A stretch of DNA of 64,000 nt, from positions 41,478,001-41,542,000 of the forward strand of contig NC_043006.1 of NCBI RefSeq assembly GCF_006345805.1, in the 5' to 3' direction. The notes under the pieces are model-generated. The model was not told where the DNA came from and made no database searches. It worked only from the letters and a program-made list of their open reading frames with translations. A program made the translations under genes and the position numbers. Origin of the DNA: Octopus sinensis. Lineage: Eukaryota. Below, in pieces: positions 53,712 through 64,000 of the stretch; positions within the stretch are counted from its first letter, which is position 1; the number at the start of each line of letters is the position of its first letter.

Positions 53712-54026
53712 TGGTATTTCTATATAAGTGTAAAGCTTATGGCGACCGCCGTGCAATGACTAAAGAAAATAGTCTAATAACGGGGCATATAAGCCCTCGT
53801 CAGGAAAAGCAACACTTTCCTATTCGCTTAGGACTCGAACCACACCTCTTTGTTAACGTGACTAAGTGTGTTGCCTTTACACCAGGGAATATGGGATGTT
53901 CGTTCGAGTCCCACACAAATAAGAAAGCTATTTTCCGTCGCAGGCTTATATGCCTCGTTATTAGACTATTTTCCTTAGTGACTGGACGGTGATCGCCATA
54001 AGCTTTTGGCCTATTTAAAAATACCA
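53712..54026. mobile_element. Fold-back element with 100-138 bp inverted arms enclosing a tRNA-like sequence
   Basis: aaagcttatggcgaccgccgtgcaatgactaaagaaaatagtctaataacggggcatataagcc pairs with ggcttatatgcctcgttattagactattttccttagtgactggacggtgatcgccataagcttt. Opposed B-boxes at 53831-53841 and 53902-53912. Confidence 0.8.
53821..53891 (-). pseudogene. Degenerate tRNA-like sequence (anticodon not assignable)
   Basis: 71 nt. Acceptor TATTCCC/GCGAATA (6 of 7), D-stem GTGT/ACAC, A-box TGGTGTAAAGG, T-loop GGTTCGAGTCC. The anticodon and T stems are imperfect. Confidence 0.5.
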
Positions 54027-54059
54027 TTATTATTATTTACAGGATTGTAAAATAGGGCA

Positions 54060-54215
54060 CGGTATAACAACACCATTCCCACCGAAATTTTTATATATAT
54101 ATAGTTGAAATTTACAGAAAAACAGAAGACGGGTATACGAACGTCAGAAAGTCTTGTACGTTTCGAGCTTACGTTTCAACAGAAAGGAATAAGATAAATT
54201 AAGCAGAGAGAGAAC
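54060..54215 (-). mobile_element. pLTR-like monomer with a decayed minimal hammerhead (54152-54186)
   Basis: Minus strand ctttCTGTTGA-aacgtaagctc-GAAACGTA. Confidence 0.5.
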
Positions 54216-54526
54216 TTATTCTTTGTAAGCCTAGTACTTATTCTATCGGTCTCTTTTGCCGAACCGCTAAGTTACGGGGACGCAAACACACCACCATCGG
54301 TTGTCAAGCGATGTTGGCGGGGACAAACACAGACACACAAACACATATATATGTATATATATACACATATATACGACAGGCTTCTTTCAGTTTCCATCTA
54401 CCAAATCCACTCACAAGGCTTTGGTAGGCCCGAGGCTATAGTTGAAGGCACTTGCCAAAGGTGCCACGCAGTGGGATTGAACCCAGAACCATGTGGTTGG
54501 TAAGCAAACTACTTACCACACAGCCA
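54216..54526 (-). mobile_element. SINE family A (3'-truncated)
   Basis: Reverse complement of the 16047 copy, with internal microsatellite. Confidence 0.9.
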
Positions 54527-56559
54527 TGAAAACAAAAGTACTGACGTTTCTGGCGGCGCAACCATCATCGGACACATCAATGATGAGTTAGCTGGCCGAA
54601 ACTATAAAGTCACTATCTGTAGTTTTGTTGTTAAAGAATAACACACCCACACACATGCAAACACGCACGTTCCATTACACACTCATATGCACTGTTGCTC
54701 AGTGACTATCTTAATTGAAGTTGATCTTCGTTTCATATTTATGAAAAAAAAAATCTTATCGTCCGTCTATTTGTTTTTCTATGTATCTGTGTGGTATTGA
54801 ATGAGTATTTATGTCTGGACGTATTGTCTGCGATTGATGTATAATAATTTAATGTACTCGTAAGTGCTAACTTTTTGAGGCTTTGTGCGGAACATAACGG
54901 ACTTGAGATATTTTATCTAAAATTGTTGTGACAGCTATCATATTCTAAATTTATCCTAACACAGATTTTGTAGAGACACACAAGTCTGTTGCTGCCTAGG
55001 TTTGCGCCGTCTCTAATCGATAAAGGTGTAATATTTACATAGCTGATAAATAGTTTGACAACCAAATACAGCGCATGGTATTCAGATATCTGCATCACGA
55101 TTTGTTAAGAAAATTATTGACGACGTTTAGAATTCTGGTCAGACCAATGTCGAGCAAGTAATAAATACCAGTTATATCAGTCGGTAGTGAATTACTAGAG
55201 TTGATAGTGTTGTAATAATGCTTAACGGTATTTGTTGCGAACTTCTGTGTTCTGAGTTCAAATCGCACCACATCAGTTTAAAACCCTAACACTTTCGTCA
55301 GAATTTTCGACCGATTTGAAAACACCAATGGTAAGATAAGAATCACAGCATCGAAGACGCAAACGAGCCGTTCAAAAGCAAGCAAAGACTATTAATTTCG
55401 TTTAAACGCTTATTATTTGACATCAAAATTTTTGTCGAACGGACTTGCTAATATCGGCACAGGGTTTGCAATCGACTAAATATAGCATAGTATTGCAGTG
55501 GTACTATTTTGTGTATTACGAAAATGTGCATGTTAAAGTCGAAATCGGTGAAGACGGATATAATAATATCAAATTATTTTAAGGCGTTTTACCCGCCATC
55601 TCTCAAATTTTCTATCTAGCGGTGTTACTAACGTTACAAATAATAGAAACGATTATAACTACGAAGACATAATAATCGAATATTAACTGGATGAGGGATG
55701 TCTTTAATATAATCTGTTTTTTTTTTCTGTTGTAATTGCAGATTCCAAATCGACAGTGGTAAAAGACTGCACACCAAAATGAATAAGCGACAACATCTTG
55801 GCCATGATGGCGAAGGCTTTCGGCGGGCTAATATTTGATCACTGTTATTATCACTCGATACTAAACAACCAAAGCATAGAGAAGACGAAATTTATATTCG
55901 AATCAAGCGTCCAGTGATTGATTATTAATCTGGTGTTTTTTGATCCTGACAAATTAGAAATCGATACACAGTATCCAAATAAAAGAGAGGAAAAACAAAC
56001 GCAAATATCCACTGACACAAACATACACACACATACACACATACGTACGCAAACACACACATACACACTCGCGCACACGAATTCAAGAAAAACTAAAGTA
56101 ATAAATAACTGCAAAAATAATAAATAGAACCGAACAAACAGAAAATAAGGAAGAGATATAAATCAACACTAGGATTGGTAGGTCCACATAAATTATGATA
56201 ATCTTGAAATATTAAACTGATTATTAGTTCTTGTCTAGTTTACTTTTGCATTCGTCACCATAGTGGAAAGTACAACAGCGAAGAAATCACTGACGAAATA
56301 ACATTTCACGATATTTAGGTAAGTATATTTCATTTCCTTGTGAGTGTGTTAGCGAGTGTGTGTGTGTTTGCGTGTTAGCGAGTGTGTATGTGTGTGTGTG
56401 TGTGTATTTGTGTTCATCATTATATACATTCATTTCAGTCTCGTGTTCTTTCATTCTCTTAAGGGCCTCAGTTCCAAACAAGTGGCAACAGCTGTCGGGC
56501 ATGTTGATATCACAAACACACATACACACAATCCTCCCCTACTGTCTCACACTCTCTCT

Positions 56560-56592
<33 letters not shown>

Positions 56593-56879
56593 ACTTACGC
56601 ACACGCATATACCCATACCTACGCATACACACGCACATACGTACAAGCGCACACATGTATATAGATACGTATATTTATGCATTTAATTCTATATATTTTT
56701 GATCATGTGTTTAAATTACATTTCTGTGTATGTGCGCGTATATATATATATATATCTACACGAGTAAGTATGCATGCATTTAAATTTCCGTTCTTAGGTG
56801 GACTAAAAGAAACATTTACAATATCTGACAAAACGTTTTGAGAACAATTGCGATTTTGACAAAACCACATATCTTGAAG

Positions 56880-57480
56880 TCATCTTGTGTCAGTGAGACG
56901 CCTTCTTGACTCTTACTGCCTGCTTTCGTGCGTAATCTTTATTTCATTTCCTTGTAGAAAACCATGGGATACACATTGCTATGATTTCTGCTTGTATTGC
57001 GTATACTACATTTCTTGTTTCATTTGCTGATATGCTGAAAACCCGGCTGTGCTGTCAGGCATATTGTGAAAACAATGACATCGGTGTTGCAAGTATAGCG
57101 TTGAAGTAGTATACCATACAATGTTTTATAGCACAGCGCTGTCTAATTGACTATATTCTCTCACCAAATTATTCAGTAACAGCTTTCCCTGATCAGCATG
57201 CATCTCTTTTAGATTAAATCTCTCCACTTTCTTTTCTTTCTAAGATGACATCTCTCTAGAAACAATATCTAGCCTGCACTTGTTCGCGACTTATTTCTGC
57301 CTTTGAGATCTTTGCAGACTCTAATAACATCCTATACTTCAGATTAGATTTCAATAGGATATTTCACGCTACTTTCATTTCCTGGTATCACTTATAGTCG
57401 AGAACAGTCACTAAGTAGCATACACAAAATCCCGCAGACTTAGATAGTAGAGGGCTTTATTAAACGAAACTCCTCCCATG
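56880..57480 (-). mobile_element. Possible very old LINE (RTE-like) remnant
   Basis: A stop-ridden frame loosely resembling the end of an RTE endonuclease domain. Confidence 0.25.
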
Positions 57481-57758
57481 AGGCTGATTTAACAGGCGGG
57501 GTTATCAGTATTGTACTATGGGGTGCAAAACCATGCAATGTGCCGGTAAGAGTACTTTTCACAAAGCGTACCCATTAAATTACGTTAGATAGAAGTAACC
57601 ACATTCTCTCTTTCTCTCAGTCAATTTTTCTTAATTTTGTTCACATACACAAACACTCATGCAAAAATATATGGATATATATATATAATTACACAAACAC
57701 ATACATACATACATACATACATACATACATACATACATACATACATACATACATACAT

Positions 57759-57859
<101 letters not shown>

Positions 57860-58258
57860 CTATGTGTCAGTGTGCATCAATATATATGTACCACATTAAA
57901 TATAGTGCTGAAATAGTGACTTTTTAGGCTATAGCAAAATATATTGATTGTACATATTACACAGATAATTAGAGGAAATAACCACCCCAGGTTCTAGGCT
58001 AGTCTTGAGATAATAACATAAAGATTGGTGAATTATATTGTATTAAGCAGCCTCTGGTTTTATACTGTTGCTACTCTATGTATCAGTTAGTTTACACTTC
58101 TTAAGAACATATACAGACAGATGCTCGCACATAAACACAATCATACATGCACACAAGAACACCTAACTCACACATGCACACACGCACAGACTCACAGTCA
58201 ACTGACTGAAACAAGTACGAGATATATGTACGCGTAAATATATATATATATATATACA

Positions 58259-58305
<47 letters not shown>

Positions 58306-58363
58306 CACACACGAGTATGTGTGTACGTGTATGTCTATATATGTATGTATATATGCACATGAG

Positions 58364-58399
<36 letters not shown>

Positions 58400-58438
58400 C
58401 GTGTGTAGGTATCTATATATATATATACACACACACAC

Positions 58439-58484
<46 letters not shown>

Positions 58485-58517
58485 CTAGATAGATAGATAG
58501 CTACATAGATAGATATA

Positions 58518-59776
58518 TCAGGTCAATAAGAATGAAATGCCCGATTTTCTTATGCACAAATTTGACAGTCGTTAACTCTAATGCTTTATTCTGACAATTC
58601 TTTGTTTTACAACATTCAAGAGTTACATCATCACTTTTCGAAATGCAATTCATGGTGTCTGATTTATATTGTGAGTTTTTTTCTTGTAAATCAATTTTTG
58701 TGAACCCATGGATCGATAAAAAAATTCGTGCTTATGAACATGAGTTCCGTCATGGAACCAATGCATCACAGGCAGCTCGAAACATCAATGCGGTATTTGA
58801 AGATGCGGCGAATGAGTGCACTGTACGTCGATGGTTTGAGAAGTTCCTTTCTGGTGCCTTTATTCTTGAAAATCAGCCCCGTGGTAGACCTGATACCAAG
58901 GGGGATAATAATTACCTGGAACTGTTGTAGAAGCGGATATATCTCAAACAACACGTGAGTTAGCAGCAAGGTTTGATGTTTCGATTCCAACTGTATTGGA
59001 CCATTTCAAACAAATCGGTAGGGTAGAGAACCTAGACACGTGGATAACGCACGAACTGAACGAGCGTCAAATAACACGTCGTCTTGAAACTTGCTGTTAT
59101 TTGCTGTCACGGCATAAAAGCGAACCATTTTTGCATCGTATTGTGATGTTTAATGAAAAATAGATTCTTTTCAACAATAGCAAGCTTTCTTCCCGGTTGT
59201 TGGAGAGCGACGAATTGCCAAAAATCAATCCGAAAAAGAATATTCACCAAAAAAAGCTAATGCTGTCTGTTTGGTGGTCCAACGCTTGTATCATCCTCTG
59301 CAGCTTCATGAGAGCTAGTAAGTCAATTACAACGGATGTAAACATCAACCAGTTGGATGTAATGATGAGTAAAGTTGCAATTAAACAACCAGGATTGGTC
59401 AACAGAGACAGGCCAATTCTTTTGCAAGGTAATGCTCGACCACGTGTTGCACAAAGGACGCTACTCAAGTTACAGGAACTGAACTTGGAAGTACTCTGTC
59501 ATATTCACCAGATCCTACACCGACTGACTATCACGTTTTCCAAGCATTAGGCAACTTTTTCAAGGAAAGAAAAATTCAAATCTGAAGAAGATACAAACAC
59601 AGTTTTTCGTGATTTCATTACTTCTTGTTCTCCAGAATTCTTCGCTACCAGCATATATAAGATACCGATAAAATGGCTATTTCAGTGCCGACGTTGATTC
59701 ACAGCATTGCTTTCTGTTCAGATTAAATAAATAAACTTTCAGTTAAAAATTGTACATTTCATTGTTAATGACCTGA
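58518..59776 (+). mobile_element. Element-length mariner (Hsmar1/cecropia-like), inactivated
   Basis: About 31 bp TIRs tcaggtcaataagaatgaaatg / catttcattgttaatgacctga with TA flanks. HEFRHGTNASQAARNIN..ECTVRRWFEKF..ENQPRGRP, HQKKLMLSVWW, ILLQGNARP (catalytic D to G), with frameshifts. Confidence 0.9.
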
Positions 59777-59789
59777 TATATATATATAT

Positions 59790-59975
59790 GTCTCGAACCT
59801 GGACTGGTCGCAATTTTTCCCTCGCCTTCCTCCTTCCATTCTGTACTTTCCGAAGAAGAGCTATGCTTGAAACGTAAACAACTACTCTCTTCTTTCTCTG
59901 AGCGTCGTAATACATTGCTTGTGCTATTTCCTCACGTTTGTTTCATTTTTGTTTTGTCCTTTTTTCTCTGTTTCA
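59790..59975 (+). mobile_element. pLTR-like monomer with a variant or decayed minimal hammerhead (59845-59880)
   Basis: tttCCGAAGA-a-gagc(tat)gctt-GAAACGTA-aac. Same family as 30295-30498. Confidence 0.65.
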
Positions 59976-60008
59976 TATAAATGTATGTGTGTGCATGCAT
60001 ACGCACAC

Positions 60009-60059
<51 letters not shown>

Positions 60060-61907
60060 ACACACACATAAACATCTACTTACATACACACACATGCAAA
60101 TAAACATCTACATAAATAATCAGTAAGGTGAGAGGGTGACATATGAAAAAGGGAGACAAAATAATACTAGAGATGGTTGAAAAGATTAATATAAACTTGA
60201 CTTGTATTTATTAAATTAGATATATCTAAAGCGTCAGCACACTGGCTATCTTCGACCTATGGTGTGATATTTAGGTTTATATCCACCTTATCTATCTATC
60301 TATCTGTTTATGCGTGTGAGCATATGTATGTATGTATACATACATGCATACATACATACATACACATACATATAAATGTTTGTGTGTGTGTGTGTGTGTA
60401 AAACATTTATTGTTCCTTCTTTGTTTCCATATTGATAGAATACGAAATAATTTGAATCATAATGTTTCCATGAATTCCTTCTGGCTCATCAAGGAGTTAT
60501 TATTTTTGTGATTTATCTTACTCCATCTGTGGTTTACATAGCGTATATGTTTTTTATATTTCTGTTTTCTTATTTCTTAGATCGGGGATTAGATTAGCGT
60601 AAAAATAAAATTAAAAAGGGGGAAAACAGCAATGAAAGGAAAGACGATTAAACAATAAAAAATTTTAATTAAATTAAAATAAAATTACCCTAAAATATTT
60701 CCCGTATATTTTTCAACGTTTTCTACTGTTTTTATATTTTGTCTCTTTGGAAATTAAAAAAAGTTAATCTTATAAAATTATAGTTGAAGGAAAATAACAA
60801 ATAAATGTAAGACCAAATATATAGAAGAAAATTGTTTTTTCAATAAAAGAAATATATAAATATGAAATTTAACATCAGCAGATTTGAAGTTTTGACAATA
60901 GCTGTGAATTAAATCATGAAATATTCCTGGCCAAAACACATAATTATAGGGAAGCAATCTATCGCGAATATTTAAATTGAATGTTAGGTGTATTGTGAAT
61001 TGTGAATTAGGAATAAATTAGATAAATGTATTTAATCTCAAAACAACAAGCACCACGGACAATGATGATGACAGTGATAGCAACGGCAACAGCAACAACA
61101 AAATTCATAACGACATTGTAGATAATGATGATGAAGGCCATGATGCTGATGTTGATGATGATGGTAATAGGTTAATTGTTATATTACATATTCTTCCCAG
61201 ACACATAATCTATATCTGGTCTACATTTTCATCATCAAGACCAATTTGCATTCCTCCGGCTGTTATAATCACACGCTTCCTTCAGATTTTTCTTCTTTCT
61301 TCCGATAATAAACTAAGAATATTTAAATTGCAATAATGGTAATTATTATGGTTTTTATTATTGCTTTGGCCTGGCTAAATGGCCACAAATCTTAATTGTT
61401 TTGAACCGTACGTTCTATCTCCGTCAAAATTGTCCTTTCTTTGTCTCTCTTATATAAAAACGGAACTAGTGCATTAACTTCGGCAAAGTTAGATGAGAAG
61501 TAACACCGGTGGTGGTATGCTAGAAGTAAATATGTGTCCGATTGTAACTGCTTCTAGGCCACCGACGTCACTACCTAAAGAGCACAACCACACGACGGAA
61601 TCGCGCAAGCAACTACAAGAAGTAAAACTGCTATTACTTTCTCTTTGGCTTCTGTGTACGCATATGGTGGTACACTACGGAAGTAGTGGCATTTCACTGT
61701 CACAGATATATATGATACCTAGATTCCTGCAGCAAAAATGATCGGAAATTATCATTGATTCGTTGCCAGTGAGTGAAATTGATTTTAGTGAATATAGGGT
61801 GCACATAACTATATTTACCTTTCAGAGAGAACATATTTGATTCCAGTAGCCTCAGAACAACCAAAAGTAGCATCCAGTCTCACATCGGAATAACCTGTTC
61901 CTGGATC

Positions 61908-62250
61908 ATGGTTCACAACCAGGGTCCATATGACTTCTGGTGTCCATGTAAGATTTGTAGGGGTCCATAAAAATGTTGCTTTAGATGTATTTACTGCATG
62001 AAATAACCTGGTTTCTTTCTGTCACGTTTTACATAGTTCAACATGTTTCCAGTAAGGAAAGCATGCTCTCGTGGAGAGTCCTTTAATAAACCCATATAAG
62101 TGAATGGGGAAAACACAAAATAGGAATTTTCAAAGTATTGATAAAATTAATTCTTAAACATCGAAAGGCTATGGGGTTCACCAGAGTAAAACTGTAATCT
62201 AAAGTCTATAGAGAAAAGAAAAAAAATGGGTTGAGATTCGTTGTCCAAGA
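61908..62250. mobile_element. Probable hAT-type non-autonomous element
   Basis: It starts catggttcacaaccagggtccatatgacttctggtgtccatg and ends aaaatgggttgaga, resembling CAGTGGTTCTCAACC-type hAT termini. Confidence 0.45.
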
Positions 62251-64000
62251 TGGAAATTACGAGAGGAACTAGTGGACCTCCACTTAGAAGACAGTCGTAC
62301 AGCGCCCCACTGAGGTATTTGCTTCTTAATAATTGCTGACTCTACGCTGCGTTCTGGCATCCTTTTCACTAGTTTTATTTTTCTTGTTTAGTTCCCAGCA
62401 ACAGACATCTCCAAGCCATTCTGATGGGAGTGGCGACTTCATCACTGATGATCCGACCACATAACAGGTTGTGCTGGATTATCTGCAACATATTTAGTAT
62501 GTTTTATTTCGTTTGTTTTATTTTGAACGTCTACATTTCTAGTATACTATCGTTTCTTATTAGTCTACAGTTGGTTGTGATTTCTATATCCTGTGCGTAA
62601 GTTTTAATGCATATTATTAGATCACAACCATCGAAATAAGATCAGTCTGCTCTAATTTTAGTATTATTTGGTGTTATATGTTATAATGTAAAGAATTTTT
62701 ACTTAATTATGAATGCGAGGATGTCTTGATTGACGCTAGGCGATTTTTCGTTCAATAAAATTTTTAAATATAATTCAGGATGCAGTACAGAAATTCCAAA
62801 TTCTTTTGTGTCCAATTTCCAAAGTTTATATTTCTATGTGTAAAATTTGTATAAACATATATATGGTATAATTTTCTAGAGTATTTAAAAACGCTTTATT
62901 TGGTGGCATTTGAGCGAAAATTTTGTCGAGTTTAAAAGACACTTATCGTTATAAGTCTTTGAATTTGCTTTGTGCAGACGACCGACATTTCCGTCCTCTT
63001 ACCGCGTTCGAATGTGTTTCTCTTCTCAGAAACACATTTCCCACGTACACTCCGCTTGGTAAGCCTTCTCTACCATAACAGTTCCATTTCATCTTTCTTT
63101 CCATTTTTTATGGTTGGGTGGCATATTGTATTCGGTACTGAATACCTTGAATGTGTAACTTGTTTCTACAACGATTAGGTAGTATATAATGAAGATGTGG
63201 CTGTAGTGTTTTGCTGGTCGTAAATGCATCTACATTTGTTTGATCTTTGGTGGTTTATTTGTCGTTACCACAACTGAGCGAGCTACAGAGAATACGAATA
63301 TCTCGGCGAAAAACAAAGAAACATGTAATTTAATAAGCTTAAAAGAGCTTGAAGTTGAATTTGCGGAAGGAATTAGGTGAAAATGGTTGATTATGAAGCA
63401 GAGTTTGGTGTTTATTTGCGACTGTGAATTTGTTCAACAAGTGGAAGTTACAATCCTTGATGCAATCTATAAAGCGAGATGCTGTGATAATGTTTGGATG
63501 GCTTTTGTTTATCGAACAGTGTGTAATTTTGCTTTGTACAACACCTGTACTTAGGATAATACTGAGTTCTTTTAGCTTCATTCTCCCATTATACAGGGTT
63601 CACATTGGTTTTGTGTATGAATGACTACCCACACAAATCAACAAAAAGCAGAGATATCATACGAGCCCAGCGGGAACTAGCTATTCATTGGCTGTGTGGA
63701 GACCTGGAAAATTACCAGTTTCAGCTTGATAACTGTGTTGCAAGCAAAACGACTTTTCTCTATTTCCTGATTTCGATATTTTAGCATTCTAGTATCGATC
63801 AGCTTTCAGTAACACTCACTTGCTATACATGAATAGAATACTGAATAGAAGAGTTTAAAAGAAAACCTCTGCCTAATCATTAGACTTCGATCAAGATTTT
63901 ATCAGATATCTTACAATTCTTTTAGCTCCATCTAAAGACCCAACTGATATGCATGTTCTGTATTCTCTGTCCTTAATTCTTCAGCAACAATTTGCATATA

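Noticed and set aside
63597-63790. Putative exon FTLVLCMNDYPH...IHWLCGDL loosely resembling PEBP proteins
   Set aside because: It lacks the DPDxP motif, has no clear donor and stops after about 60 codons.

Overview
AT-rich, microsatellite-saturated animal genomic DNA. Its repeat families look like those of octopod cephalopods (Octopus sp.; inferred from recalled SINE sequences, not a database search). I cannot support any intact host protein-coding gene. Most listed ORFs are microsatellite artefacts or fragments of decayed transposons. The window holds: (i) about ten fragments of restriction-like-endonuclease (RLE) non-LTR retrotransposons of R4/Dong type, nine on the minus strand, with a dense stack at 18.4-21.7 kb interleaved with (TAA)n arrays; (ii) three element-length but inactivated IS630-Tc1-mariner transposons with TIRs and TA flanks, plus remnants and MITEs; (iii) RTE LINE fragments; (iv) four tRNA-headed SINE families in many copies; (v) Penelope-type terminal-repeat (pLTR-like) fragments carrying minimal type I hammerhead ribozyme motifs. 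One hammerhead (13485-13579, minus) has a fully intact catalytic core and all three stems; at least seven others are decayed. There are also several 100-220 bp inverted-repeat structures, one enclosing a tRNA-like fold, and weak hints of a plus-strand transcription unit near 61.5-63.1 kb. Coordinates of decayed repeats are approximate.
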